64,000 nucleotides of DNA from Nitrospirota bacterium. Lineage in GTDB: Bacteria; JACPQY01. A model generated the notes under the pieces. The model saw nothing but the letters and a program-made list of their open reading frames with translations, did no database searches and had not been told where the DNA came from. Both the position numbers and the translations under genes were made by a program. Location: positions 1-64,000 of the forward strand of contig JACPAV010000009.1 of NCBI GenBank assembly GCA_016180645.1, written 5' to 3'. Shown here in pieces: positions 36,286-49,308 of the stretch; position 1 is the first letter of the stretch; each line of letters opens with the position of its first letter.

Positions 36286-38454
36286 TCAGCCGCCGTTTTC
36301 CACCAAATGACGCCGCCGCGGGATATTGACCGCCTCCCGGCGCTCCTCCAGGACTTCCGTCCCCTTGGGCGTCAGCATCAGCTTCCTGCCACTTCCGGGC
36401 GCATCGCAGAGGTACCCCTTGGCGCGCATGGAAAGGACATCGGCCATCACCTCCTCGTACGTCGTGCCCTTCAGGACACCAAAGAGTTCGGAACGGAGGA
36501 GATCCGGATGGGCATGCACCGCGTCGCAGGTGCGGGAACCCTGCAGGACACCCGCGATTCCCGACGGCGCCAACGATCCGCTCACGGTTTCGACAAGGCG
36601 GAGGATGGAGACACCGATCTTTCGGGGGACCGTCCTTTTTTCCAAGTCGACGGCATGGACGGTGGCGCGTGCCGTGGCGCCCGCCCCTCCGCGCTTCTCG
36701 GCGGGCCTCACGATTCGTGCGACCTTTCCCGCTCCCACCCGCGATCGGCGATGAGCATTCTCACCGAGGACTTTCGCCGACAGCGATCGCAGGACCTTGA
36801 TCGGAAAATGCGAGAGGGCGCCGAAACCGGCGAGATTCCGCCAGGCGGGTGGGATCCTCTTCGAGGAACTGCCGCCGAGGAACCGCGCGAACATTGTCGC
36901 GCCGAGTCGCCCCTTCGATTCCAACACCTCGCGATGGCGTTCGAGAATACGCGACGTCTCCGTCGGGGTATCCGTTCGATGAATCGGCGCCTTGCCGCCT
37001 GCGCAGGCGGAGCAGTTCCCGCAGCGGTAGCCGGGGGGAAGCTTCTCCCCGAAGTAGCGAAGGAGGCCGGCGCGGTGGCAGAGGCGGTCCTCCGCATAGG
37101 AAATCACGGACTTGAGCCTCGCGTAGTCGGCCACTTTTCGGGCATACATCGTGTCGAGGTTGAGGCGCGACCCGGCGGCTCCGTCCTTCTCCCTCGTGAG
37201 GCGATCTCCCTCCTCCCTCCGGATCAGCCCCTGCTCCAGGAGCACGAGCAAGGCGACATTGAACTGCTCGTCGGTCATCCCGCCGGCGCCGGCCCGCAAC
37301 TCCTCCGCGGGGGTGCCCGCAGCCGAGACGGCCTCCAGGACGGCCAACACCTGTTCCCGGTTCGGGTAGCGGTTTCGGATAAAATAGTGGGCGAGGGACA
37401 CATCTTTCCGGCTGAAGAGCATGACACAGCGGGCCGGCGCGCCGTCGCGTCCCGCGCGACCGGCCTCCTGATAATAGGCTTCGAGAGAGGCGGGATGCTG
37501 ATAGTGGATCACCGCCCGAACGTCCGGGTTGTCGATGCCCATGCCGAAGGCCACGGTGGCCACCGCGATCGGCTTTTCGCCGGACAACCATGCCTCTTGC
37601 GCGGCCTTGCGATCTTCGGCCCTCATCCCCGCATGGTATGCAACGGCCTTGAATCCATTCCGGCGCAAGTCCTCCGCAATCTCGTCCGCATCCCTCCGGC
37701 GCCCCACGTAGATGATCCCGGATTCCCGCGAACGCGGGGGCGATCCCCCGTCCGTCGGCTCGCCGAGTAGTCCGTACAAGCGGCGCATCTTGTCCCCCGG
37801 CCCGCACGTCTGCACTTCGAAACGAAGATTCGGGCGGTCGAAGGGTGCGACCATCGTCAGCGGTTCCACCAGTCCGAGGCGGTGCGCGATATCGACGCGC
37901 GTGTCGGGCGTGGCGGTGGCGGTGAGGGCCAGCACCGGACATGGCCGCAAGCCGGCAATCGTCCCACGAAGGGAGAGGTAGGACGGCCGGAAGTCGTAGC
38001 CCCACCGGCTGACACAGTGCGCTTCGTCTACGACGAAAAGTTTCGGGGCAAGGCCGAAGATCCGTTCCCGGTAGCCGGACAACTCCAGACGCTCTGGAGC
38101 GACGTACAGGAGTGCCACACCACGGCTCACTTGGGCGAGCGCCGCCGAGACCTCGACGGAGGAAAGATTCGAATGGAGGGCCACGGCCTGCGCGCGATGC
38201 CTGCGATTGAACGCATCCACCTGATCTTTCATGAGCGCAATGAGAGGGGATGCGACCACGGTCAGCCCATTCAGGACGGAGGCCGGAAGTTGATACGTAA
38301 GGGATTTTCCCCCGCCCGTCGGCAGGACTCCCAAGGCATCGCGGCCGGCGAGCACAGCCTGGATCAGATCCCTTTGACCCGGCAGGAACGATTCGAAGCC
38401 GAACTCCCCTTTGAGAACATCGTCGATGGGAGGAAGAGGTCCCGAGAGGGTCAT
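36286..38454 (-). CDS. recQ: RecQ family ATP-dependent DNA helicase
   Basis: PTGGGKSLTYQLP, DEAHC, TATAT, ATVAFGMGID, QEAGRAGRDG, Zn-binding C...CGNCSAC. Confidence 0.92.
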   Translation of the reverse strand: MTLSGPLPPIDDVLKGEFGFESFLPGQRDLIQAVLAGRDALGVLPTGGGKSLTYQLPASVLNGLTVVASPLIALMKDQVDAFNRRHRAQAVALHSNLSSVEVSAALAQVSRGVALLYVAPERLELSGYRERIFGLAPKLFVVDEAHCVSRWGYDFRPSYLSLRGTIAGLRPCPVLALTATATPDTRVDIAHRLGLVEPLTMVAPFDRPNLRFEVQTCGPGDKMRRLYGLLGEPTDGGSPPRSRESGIIYVGRRRDADEIAEDLRRNGFKAVAYHAGMRAEDRKAAQEAWLSGEKPIAVATVAFGMGIDNPDVRAVIHYQHPASLEAYYQEAGRAGRDGAPARCVMLFSRKDVSLAHYFIRNRYPNREQVLAVLEAVSAAGTPAEELRAGAGGMTDEQFNVALLVLLEQGLIRREEGDRLTREKDGAAGSRLNLDTMYARKVADYARLKSVISYAEDRLCHRAGLLRYFGEKLPPGYRCGNCSACAGGKAPIHRTDTPTETSRILERHREVLESKGRLGATMFARFLGGSSSKRIPPAWRNLAGFGALSHFPIKVLRSLSAKVLGENAHRRSRVGAGKVARIVRPAEKRGGAGATARATVHAVDLEKRTVPRKIGVSILRLVETVSGSLAPSGIAGVLQGSRTCDAVHAHPDLLRSELFGVLKGTTYEEVMADVLSMRAKGYLCDAPGSGRKLMLTPKGTEVLEERREAVNIPRRRHLVENGG

Positions 38455-38742
38455 CACCGACTCTGCCCTCTCCTTGACGGAGGCAGCCCACCGTATCCTT
38501 CTTGCCTTCGCACAACGTGACTCTACCACAGGCACAGTCGGCTCCCCAACGGAATTGATTCGAGAAAACCCGACGTATCCCCTGTCCAAATCCGTTCAGG
38601 GGTCCGGCGGAAGTGGCTGAAACCGACCAAAGCTCTGCCGTTGGAATCGTGGAGTGGAAACGGCTGCGCAACGCTCCGCTTCGATGGGCAGTTTCACGCG
38701 CCCCTCGTGGGAGGTGGCGTCCAGATTGCGCTACGAGACTGT

Positions 38743-39696
38743 ATGTTGAACAACCGAGTCCGATTCCAAATCGTCGCCGCCGCGCTGGCTGCGTTGGCTG
38801 TAATTCCATCCAAAGCCTTCTCGTGGGGAACTGCTCATTCGCACATGACCGAGACCGTCGCCGAGGCCGGCCTGCAGGGACTCGATCGCGGTCTGTACGC
38901 CCCGCTTCTCGGCGACCTCGCCGTGTGGGCGGACGGGAAAGAGCCCGAGGATTTCAAGGGCACCTTGGGAATCGATGAGGAGATCAATCCCCCGCCGGAC
39001 CTTCGCCTCGGCGGCGCCGATCCCGACCACTGGCTCGACATTTTCAACCTCGATCACGGGCTTCAGCCGCAGGGAGTAGCGCAGATGGACTTCGCCCTCT
39101 TCATTGGAAACGCGAAGAAAGCTTTCGAGTCGGGCGACAAGGAGAAGGGATTTCTGCTTCTCGGCCGCGGCATTCACTACCTTGAGGACATCGGGATGCC
39201 CTACCACGTGGTGCTTTGGGAAAACCTCGATTTCCTTCATGGCCATTCGGCGTATGAGAGCTGGGCCGATGGTCAGTGGGACGCGCTACAGCTTGCTTCA
39301 TGGGTGAGGGATGGCACGCAGTTTTCGTCTGAGATTAAGATCACCGATCCCGCCAACCTCGTTATCGAAATGGCGCGAATCAGCCGTCCCTACCTCGACC
39401 GCATCAAGGGCGGAAAGTGGACGAGCGACACGAAGGCCACCCAGGAGTTGATGTTCAGCCTCGGCCAACGCATCGCCGCCACGTTCAGCTACGTCGCCCC
39501 GGAGCAGTTCACATTCCCGAAGCCGAGCAGCGGAAAGAATGGCGGCAACACGGGCACGACCCCCTCCACTCCCCCCGCCGGCGCCGGCGGCTGCAGCATG
39601 GTGGATTTCGCTTCGCCAGTTTCCTTCGGCGGCCTGGGACTGCTCCTCTTCCCCGCCGCCTACTTCCTCCGCCGGCGCTCTTCCGTTCGCTCGTAG
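38743..39696 (+). CDS. Secreted Zn-dependent phospholipase C/P1-nuclease-like protein with GGC-type C-terminal sorting signal
   Basis: Signal peptide then mature WGTAH, HYLEDIGMPYH, HSAYE; linker, GGCS, TM helix, RRR. Confidence 0.75.
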   Translation: MLNNRVRFQIVAAALAALAVIPSKAFSWGTAHSHMTETVAEAGLQGLDRGLYAPLLGDLAVWADGKEPEDFKGTLGIDEEINPPPDLRLGGADPDHWLDIFNLDHGLQPQGVAQMDFALFIGNAKKAFESGDKEKGFLLLGRGIHYLEDIGMPYHVVLWENLDFLHGHSAYESWADGQWDALQLASWVRDGTQFSSEIKITDPANLVIEMARISRPYLDRIKGGKWTSDTKATQELMFSLGQRIAATFSYVAPEQFTFPKPSSGKNGGNTGTTPSTPPAGAGGCSMVDFASPVSFGGLGLLLFPAAYFLRRRSSVRS

Positions 39697-39822
39697 TCGC
39701 AGCCTTCAGCCCGCGTCCGTAGACGCACCCATGAAGGCCATGATCCATGCCGTGCCGTCCGCAGGACGGCGACTTCCCATGCCCCCATACCGTCCTCGGC
39801 ACGGGGGTGCGCCTGTTCCACG

Positions 39823-40224
39823 CTACCTCCCGCTCCGGCAGGCACGGAGAACCTGGGCCGCGAGTTGGACGGCCCCGGCGGCCTGCCCTCTTGTGAAGGC
39901 CTCATAAGGAGCGCCGCCCGGCAGTCCGTTGGGGTAGCGTGTTGGGATGTAGTACCCATCCAGAATCTTCGCTTTTTCAGTGAGCGGATCGAATTTCTTC
40001 TCGTATTTCGCGCACCAGCGGCCCAACTCTATGACCGAATGGGTCTTGATGAGTTCTTCACCCCTTGAATACAGAAAACCTTTGAGAGACTTTTCCGCCA
40101 CCTGCTGGCTCACGAAACACGTCAATGCAAATCCGCCCTCTCGGAGAAGAATCCGGGCATATTTCAGGTCATCCGCCGCTTGGCGAAGCCAGGAAACGGC
40201 CTCTTTATCAGGGTCGTTTTGCAT
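39823..40224 (-). CDS. HEPN domain protein
   Basis: WLRQAADDL, SQQVAEKSLK, KTHS, YYIPTRYPN. Confidence 0.9.
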   Translation of the reverse strand: MQNDPDKEAVSWLRQAADDLKYARILLREGGFALTCFVSQQVAEKSLKGFLYSRGEELIKTHSVIELGRWCAKYEKKFDPLTEKAKILDGYYIPTRYPNGLPGGAPYEAFTRGQAAGAVQLAAQVLRACRSGR

Positions 40225-40555
40225 GGAGCAACTTCGCTGTTTTCAAAGCGTGCTTGAGAAAGGGTCTGGCACGCATGCCCTCGTACTCTTCGGGGGTGTA
40301 GACAAGAAGATCAACATTCGCCGGACCCAGGCGCATGTACAGCCGCCTTAATCGTTCAACGAACGGGAGTTTCGACGGCATCACGGCAACCATGTCCGCA
40401 TCGCTGAAGAGATTCGCGGTGCCGTTGGCGAGGGAGCCGATGAGCCAGATTTTCCGGGCTCCTTTCTTCTTCAACTCCGAGGTCAACCGGCGGACTTCAG
40501 CGCGAAGCGCCGCCAGGTGCTTCCTTCTCTCGCGGTGGAGTTGATCCGGCGTCAC
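40208..40555 (-). CDS. Minimal nucleotidyltransferase (MNT), partner of HEPN
   Basis: LIGSLANG...SDADM, VDLLVYTPEE. Confidence 0.88.
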   Translation of the reverse strand: MTPDQLHRERRKHLAALRAEVRRLTSELKKKGARKIWLIGSLANGTANLFSDADMVAVMPSKLPFVERLRRLYMRLGPANVDLLVYTPEEYEGMRARPFLKHALKTAKLLHAKRP

Positions 40556-40766
40556 CCCGCACTTCTCCTTTCAGTCGCATTTTCAGGGTTCAACCTATGC
40601 GCGTCGTCAACGACTGTGCTTTCTCCAAAAGGTTGGCTCTGCGCCGCCGTTTCCGAAAATGCGAGAAGATCGGCCCCAAGATAGGCAGCCTTAAGGCCAA
40701 GCCGCTTCCAAGTCGACCTACGCAAGTCCCGTTGAGCATTTTCGTGAAAGGATAGGTGCGGGGTCA
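40552..40766. mobile_element. MITE-like element with 20-bp imperfect terminal inverted repeats
   Basis: TCACCCCGCACTTCTCCTTT (40552-40571) matches the reverse complement of 40747-40766 at 17/20; the end motif is shared with the element at 63136-63432. Confidence 0.5.
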
Positions 40767-41070
40767 TGGGGGTATTGTGCCACAGTGTCGGAAGATCGCC
40801 ACGCCTATGACGGTACAGATCATGACTGCGAAAGGGATCAGGAGCCAAGCCGCCATGATCCAAGCTTCGATTTGAAAGTGCCCCGGCTTCTGGCGGATGT
40901 ACCACCTTGCCGACGACTTCCGCGCCTCCAATCGGCTATGCCGCGCTGCTCTTCCTTCCGACTCTCTTCTTCGGCACCCGCCGACGCCTCCCTCTCCGCT
41001 CATAGATTGAGAGCGCAAGGTGAGAGAGCTACGTCAGGGGAGTCCCAAAATCCGACAGCCCCACAATTCA

Positions 41071-41778
41071 CTATTTTGAGCCAGTCAGGTCCGAGCAGTC
41101 CTCAACGTAATACGGGTATTCAGTAACAACTTGGCAACGCTCCGCTGGGACCCGTTTTCCAAAAACCGTATTCCGCGCCTCCCCCTCGCCACAGTTGGAG
41201 CTGTTTTGACGATAGCCTGAACTGGATGTACAGTACGAAAACTCCATCGCGCCGCCACCAATTTTTCCGGCCGCGGAAACGCTCGTATTCACCCACCCCT
41301 CGAAGAAAGTGTCATACCCACCAGAGCACGAAGCGGTGAAGGTGCCCCCATCTGCGATGTACTTCCCTTTCCAGCGGGTGCACCCCACCGTAAAGGGTGG
41401 CTGAATAGCGTACTTTTCAGCACCATGGAAACACAGCGTGAAAGAATCGGAAACAGCGGAGGCAGTGACTTGGGATGGACCTCTCATTATCTTCTCAACC
41501 TCATAGCAGCCGCTCACATCCTCGACCGCTTGAACCGCCGCCTTATCGCCCGAATTCTCCAGGGTGATTTCCTGCCGAGCATCCAAACCCTGCCCTGGTG
41601 ATCCCGCGTCATCGTCTTGGCCGTTCTCAATAGTGATTTCCCGTCGAGCGTCCAAATCTTCAGCGTCTTCTACGGAACAGGTAATGAGAAGGGCAAGATT
41701 GATCAGGAAACATACGATAGCCGCGCCTTGCTTCGTCAGGCTCGTCGCTTCCCTCATTGCTTGCTGCTCACGGCTCAC
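41071..41778 (-). CDS. Hypothetical Cys-containing lipoprotein
   Basis: Hydrophobic stretch ending ITC; internal repeat LDARREITIENG/LDARQEITLENS. Confidence 0.55.
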   Translation of the reverse strand: MSREQQAMREATSLTKQGAAIVCFLINLALLITCSVEDAEDLDARREITIENGQDDDAGSPGQGLDARQEITLENSGDKAAVQAVEDVSGCYEVEKIMRGPSQVTASAVSDSFTLCFHGAEKYAIQPPFTVGCTRWKGKYIADGGTFTASCSGGYDTFFEGWVNTSVSAAGKIGGGAMEFSYCTSSSGYRQNSSNCGEGEARNTVFGKRVPAERCQVVTEYPYYVEDCSDLTGSK

Positions 41779-41982
41779 GAGGAAGGAAAGGATTCCTTCA
41801 AAATCGAATAGCGTGTCCCCACCGCCCTTGCGGGCGATGGGGCGAAGGGCCCCCGCGTTTCAGGTTCGGGTTACTCTTGCATCACCCCGCGCTCGCCGCC
41901 GAAGCGGAAAGCGCTAAGACGCTGCAGAGGTTGAAAAGACACCGTATGGTCTTTGGCCGAAGCCAAAGGACCGTACTCCTTG

Positions 41983-43529
<1,547 letters not shown>

Positions 43530-43634
43530 AATTCTTCCGAATCACTTCGTTCCTCCACCACCTGGCGGAGGCGGGCTTAATCCGGTTGAACCAAAAACAA
43601 ATCCCGCTCACCCATTGGCGAACGGGACAATTAG

Positions 43635-44882
<1,248 letters not shown>

Positions 44883-44896
44883 ACCGGTTTTCCCAC

Positions 44897-46024
44897 ATGA
44901 ATCTCGACCGCAAGGAAGTTCTGCATCACGCCCGGCGCGTGGTGGTGAAAGTGGGCGCGAGCGTGCTCGCTCCGGATGGAAAACCGAAGGCGGCGGTCTT
45001 TTCCACGCTGGCACGGCAGATTGCCGGCCTTTCCGGACGGAAGATTCAGGTCGTGCTCGTCAGCTCCGGGGCCGTGGCCTCAGGCAGGCCGGTGCTGGGG
45101 TATTCAAGCAATTCCATTTCGCTGGAAGACAAACAGGCGGCCGCCGCCGTCGGGCAAAGCCTCTTGATGGAGGCGTACCGCAAGGCCTTCTCACGGCTGC
45201 GGGGCACCGTGGCGCAGGTGCTCCTCACGCACGATGACTTTGCGAACCGCCGTCGATTCCTGAATGCCCGCAGCACGCTGAACATTCTTCTTGAGCGCCG
45301 CATTCTGCCGATCGTCAATGAGAACGATACCGTGGCCACGGAGGAGATTTCGATCGGCGACAATGACAATCTCTCCGCGCTCGTGGCTTCCATGATCGAG
45401 GCGGATGTGCTCATCCTTCTCACCAACACGAATGGCCTGCACGACCAGGACCCGAATCGATCGAAGGACGCCCAGCGCATCCCCCTTATCGTGGATGTGG
45501 ACGAAACCACGGCGCGGAAGGCCGGAGGCACGGCAAGCCCCTATACCGTGGGCGGAATGCTCACCAAAGTCGAGGCGGCGAAGAAGGCTGCGTTGTCGGG
45601 GATTCCCACAGTGGTGGCGGACGGACGGAACGCCGGGGTCCTTCCCCGCCTGCTGAAAGGGGAAGATTTGGGCACGCTGTTTCTGCCCAGCCCCAAAGCC
45701 CTCAAGAGCCGCAAGCAGTGGATCGCGTTCTCGGTGAAACCGAAGGGAAAACTGATTCTTGATGAAGGGGCATGCCGGGCCGTCCAGGAACAACGGAAAA
45801 GCCTGTTGCCTTCCGGCATCAGTCACGTCGAAGGCGACTTCGATCGGGGCGATGCAGTCTCGCTGGCCACGATCGCCGGCCAGGAGATCGCGCGTGGATT
45901 GACTAACTACAGCTCCAAGGAACTGTCGCGGATCCGAGGCGTGAAGTCGTCGTCCATCGAATCCATCCTCGGGTACAAGATCTCTGACGAAGTCGTACAC
46001 CGGGACAATCTGGTGACGCTTTAG
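44897..46024 (+). CDS. proB: Glutamate 5-kinase
   Basis: VVKVG, VSSGAV, NENDTV, GDNDNLSA, GGMLTK, PUA domain. Confidence 0.96.
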   Translation: MNLDRKEVLHHARRVVVKVGASVLAPDGKPKAAVFSTLARQIAGLSGRKIQVVLVSSGAVASGRPVLGYSSNSISLEDKQAAAAVGQSLLMEAYRKAFSRLRGTVAQVLLTHDDFANRRRFLNARSTLNILLERRILPIVNENDTVATEEISIGDNDNLSALVASMIEADVLILLTNTNGLHDQDPNRSKDAQRIPLIVDVDETTARKAGGTASPYTVGGMLTKVEAAKKAALSGIPTVVADGRNAGVLPRLLKGEDLGTLFLPSPKALKSRKQWIAFSVKPKGKLILDEGACRAVQEQRKSLLPSGISHVEGDFDRGDAVSLATIAGQEIARGLTNYSSKELSRIRGVKSSSIESILGYKISDEVVHRDNLVTL

Positions 46025-46034
46025 GCAGGGATCA

Positions 46035-46553
46035 GTGGTCAGGGGTCGGGAATCGGATCGGCAGTGGTTGATACTTTGGGTTCTTCTCATCGCCGCATTT
46101 CCAGGTTGCTCCAGCGCCTCCATCGACAAGACGCCCCCCCCCCCACCACCGGAACTCCCGGAAGTATTTGAGAGCATGGAGACGAAGTCGATCAATTTCA
46201 TCACGGAGCGGGGCGAGGAAATTACCCTGGACGCACGGTTCGCGGCCAGCGCGGTCCAGCAAGCGGCGGGATACCAGAATGTCCCGGCCGCAATCATTCA
46301 AAAGACGTTTATCCTTTTCGTTTTCGCCGGCGATCACACGTCGCCCTTTCACATGCGAAACGTGCTCGCTTCCCTGGACATCTTCTTTCTCGACTCCGCC
46401 GGGAAGGTCGTGAGCCTCCAGCGGATGGATCCAGATCCGCAGAGATTGTGGTCGGCGGGTGGAACCTACAGATATGCGCTGGAGGGTCCCGCCGGGTTTG
46501 CGTCGGAACGCGGCCTCGGAGCGGATTCCCATCTCGAACTCCCCCTCCCGTGA
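46035..46553 (+). CDS. DUF192 family lipoprotein
   Basis: Lipobox FPGC; LFVF...FHMRNVLASLDIFFLD...RYALE. Confidence 0.8.
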   Translation: MVRGRESDRQWLILWVLLIAAFPGCSSASIDKTPPPPPPELPEVFESMETKSINFITERGEEITLDARFAASAVQQAAGYQNVPAAIIQKTFILFVFAGDHTSPFHMRNVLASLDIFFLDSAGKVVSLQRMDPDPQRLWSAGGTYRYALEGPAGFASERGLGADSHLELPLP

Positions 46554-47416
46554 TCGAGCGGGCGATCCAAGCCGGACCGATTTCCTTCCACTGCCTCGAA
46601 GCCGGCAAAGGGCCGATCGTTCTTCTGCTTCACGGATTTCCCGACCACAGCCGGACGTTCAAACACCAGATTCCGGCCCTGGCCAAGGCCGGGTTCCGGG
46701 CCATTGCGCCGAACCTGCCGGGCTACGCGCCAACCTCTCCTTCGACGGGAAACGACTACCACCTGAGCTGCATCTCGGAACACATCGGAAGGCTCATCGA
46801 CACCTTGGGGGAGAAAAAGGTTCATTTGGTCGGTCACGATTGGGGTGCGGGGATCGCCTATGTTTCCGCAGTCCTGTTTCCCGAGAAGCTTCATTCCATC
46901 ACCACCATGGCGGTGCCGCATCTGCGGGCGGTTCCCGTTGGATTTCGCAAACAGCCCGGACAATTCCGTCGCTCGTGGTACATGATTTTTTTCCAACTGC
47001 CGTTCTTTCCGGAACGTGCCCTCCGCGCCAACAATTTCCGGTTGATCGAATGGTTCTGGACACACTGGTCGCCCGGCTGGAGTTGGCCCAAGGAAGACAT
47101 GGAGGCGCTGAAAGACACCTTCCGGAATCCTGGTGTCGTCGAAGCGGCGATTGAGTACTACCGCGCGCTGAGGGATGTTGCCTCGCCCGAGGGCCGAAGT
47201 ACGCGGAAGCTCGGTTTCTCACCTGTCCCCGTCCAGACGTTGGCCCTCACGGGTGCAACGGACGGCTGCGTGACGACGAAACTGTTCGACTACATGGATC
47301 CCAGATTCTTCCCCGCCGGACTGACAATCCATCGCCTCCCCGGTGCGGGGCACTTTCTACACCTGGAAAAACCTGAAGAAACGACTCGCCGGATTCTAGA
47401 TTTCCTCCGGGAATAG
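46550..47416 (+). CDS. Alpha/beta hydrolase (epoxide hydrolase-like)
   Basis: LLHGFPD, GHDWG, GHFLHLEKP. Confidence 0.9.
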   Translation: MIERAIQAGPISFHCLEAGKGPIVLLLHGFPDHSRTFKHQIPALAKAGFRAIAPNLPGYAPTSPSTGNDYHLSCISEHIGRLIDTLGEKKVHLVGHDWGAGIAYVSAVLFPEKLHSITTMAVPHLRAVPVGFRKQPGQFRRSWYMIFFQLPFFPERALRANNFRLIEWFWTHWSPGWSWPKEDMEALKDTFRNPGVVEAAIEYYRALRDVASPEGRSTRKLGFSPVPVQTLALTGATDGCVTTKLFDYMDPRFFPAGLTIHRLPGAGHFLHLEKPEETTRRILDFLRE

Positions 47417-47421
47417 GGCCT

Positions 47422-47742
47422 TCAGTCCAGTCCCAGGGCGAAGCGGAGGGCGGTGTTGACCGCTTCCATCTTCTCCGAGCCGAGCGTTGTTATCCGGTTC
47501 ATGAGCCACGCCTTTGGAACGGTGTGCAGAACGTCGACGTTTACCACACATTCCTTCGAGAGGCCGTCCTCCGGCCCCAGCCGAACCTCAACCGGGAGTT
47601 GCCGGATCGCTCCCGTGACCACGGCGACAACGATCGAACGACGAGTCTGAATGGCTCTTTCTCTTGAAACGAGGACGACCGGACGCCTCCCCGATGGGGG
47701 AGGCAGGTTCGCCCACCAGATTTCACCCCGCTGCATCACCAC
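47422..47742 (-). CDS. MazF/PemK family toxin
   Basis: RGEIWWANL...RRPVVLVS...ALRFALGL. Confidence 0.9.
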   Translation of the reverse strand: MVMQRGEIWWANLPPPSGRRPVVLVSRERAIQTRRSIVVAVVTGAIRQLPVEVRLGPEDGLSKECVVNVDVLHTVPKAWLMNRITTLGSEKMEAVNTALRFALGLD

Positions 47743-47990
47743 TTCTCTCGCGGCAGGGATTTGGTGGCCGCTTTCGCGAGGCTCTCGATTTCCTTGAGGT
47801 CCTCCGGGACCTTCCGGTAACCTTCCACATACCTCCTCTCCAACTCCGCGATCTCCCGGCTCCTATGCCACGACCGTAGGGCCTCACGAATGATCTCGCT
47901 GCGGGGCTTCTTCAATCGTTTCCGCGTCCTCTCCAAGGCTTCAAAATCCTCCGCGGGCAAACTGATAGCCGTGCGGACCGCTCTCGCCAT
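47736..47990 (-). CDS. Ribbon-helix-helix antitoxin
   Basis: TAISLP...RSEIIREAL...YVEGY; overlaps the toxin start. Confidence 0.85.
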   Translation of the reverse strand: MARAVRTAISLPAEDFEALERTRKRLKKPRSEIIREALRSWHRSREIAELERRYVEGYRKVPEDLKEIESLAKAATKSLPREKW

Positions 47991-48015
47991 GTCAGAACCC
48001 CCTTCCCTTCTTATT

Positions 48016-48045
48016 CATACTACTGCACATACTATCATCATACTA
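48016..48045. promoter_or_regulatory. Putative RHH operator (three CATACTA repeats)
   Basis: CATACTA at 48016, 48028 and 48039, just upstream of the antitoxin gene. Confidence 0.5.
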
Positions 48046-48120
48046 GATTATGAGCGGATTGTGCAGGTGGCCCGCTTGATCTTGTTCCCAGCCGGCAAGA
48101 CCCGGCTCAGCAGATACCTG

Positions 48121-48438
48121 TCAGCGGGAAGCGATCTGCCGAAGTCCCCACCGTTCCATAGCTTCCAGAATCGGCTTCAGGCTGCGACCGAGCGGAGTCA
48201 GGGAGTAGTCCACCCGCGGGGGGATTTGGGCGAAGACCTTGCGCCTAACGATGCCATCCTCCTCCAACTCGCGGAGCTCCTGAGTCAACATGCGCTGGGA
48301 GATTCCGCGGATGCCTTTGGCCAATTGGCCGAAGCGCCGGACGCCGGGGAAGAGTTCCCGCAGAATCAATATCTTCCAGCGACCTCCAATGACCCGCAGG
48401 GTCGATTCATACGGGCAGTCTGAGCGATGAGCTTTCAT
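48121..48438 (-). CDS. HxlR family transcriptional regulator
   Basis: CP...GGRWKILIL, ISQRMLTQELRELE, PPRVDYSLT. Confidence 0.92.
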   Translation of the reverse strand: MKAHRSDCPYESTLRVIGGRWKILILRELFPGVRRFGQLAKGIRGISQRMLTQELRELEEDGIVRRKVFAQIPPRVDYSLTPLGRSLKPILEAMERWGLRQIASR

Positions 48439-48566
48439 GGCGCCATATACTTACTATTAGTAATTAACAGTGGATTCATTATTTCCATACTATTGTTAGT
48501 GTACCAGGCGGCGAGATTGTAACATTTGGTCGCCATGATACACCCACTCTCCAAAAGGAGGCCATC

Positions 48567-49166
48567 ATGGACCTGAAAAAGACTCTCCGGGCCGCGGTGC
48601 CGGCCCTTCTGCTCGCGCCACAACTCGCGTTCGCCGCGAATTACAAAGTCGATCCCTCCCATTCCAGCGTCGGTTTCACCATCGCGCACCTGGTGATCGC
48701 CGAAGTCGAGGGGCGCTTCGACCGGTTCGAGGCGACGTTTGCCTACGACGAAAAGAACCCCTCGAAATCGTCGCTTGAAGCCAAAGCGTATACCGAGAGC
48801 ATCAACACGAATGAGAAGAAGCGCGACGAGCATCTTCGCTCGGGTGATTTCTTCGACGCGAAGAAGTTTCCTGAAATGACGTTCAAGAGCTCCAAGGTGG
48901 TGCCTTCCACCGATGGAAAGTCAGGCCAGATTTTCGGCACGCTCACGATCCGCGACGTATCGAAGGAAGTCGTATTCGATGTGAAACTCAAGGGCAAGAT
49001 CAAAGATCCTTGGGGAAACGAGAGGGCCGTCTTCGATGCAAGCACCAAGATCAATCGTACCGACTTCGGTCTGAAATGGAACAAGGCCCTCGATGCAGGT
49101 GGCGTGGTGGTGGGCGAAGAAGTCACCATCCGGCTCAAGATTGAAGGTGTAGCCGACAAGAGTTGA
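48567..49166 (+). CDS. YceI family periplasmic protein
   Basis: DPSHSSVGF, RDEHLRSGDFFD, DPWGN, INRTDFG. Confidence 0.93.
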   Translation: MDLKKTLRAAVPALLLAPQLAFAANYKVDPSHSSVGFTIAHLVIAEVEGRFDRFEATFAYDEKNPSKSSLEAKAYTESINTNEKKRDEHLRSGDFFDAKKFPEMTFKSSKVVPSTDGKSGQIFGTLTIRDVSKEVVFDVKLKGKIKDPWGNERAVFDASTKINRTDFGLKWNKALDAGGVVVGEEVTIRLKIEGVADKS

Positions 49167-49308
49167 CTCTTCGCCGGCGCAGGAATTCCCCCTTCGCAAG
49201 AACCCCCGATCGCCCCGCAAGGCAGGGCCTCGGGGGTTTCTCGTTCCAGCCCGGCCCGGCCGCGCTTGACGACGCCGCCTGGAACGTTTACACGATATCC
49301 ATCCACTC

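Noticed and set aside
36196-38809. Long ORFs 36196-37770(+) and 36761-38809(-)
   Set aside because: Shadow frames of recQ in GC-rich DNA, with no motifs.
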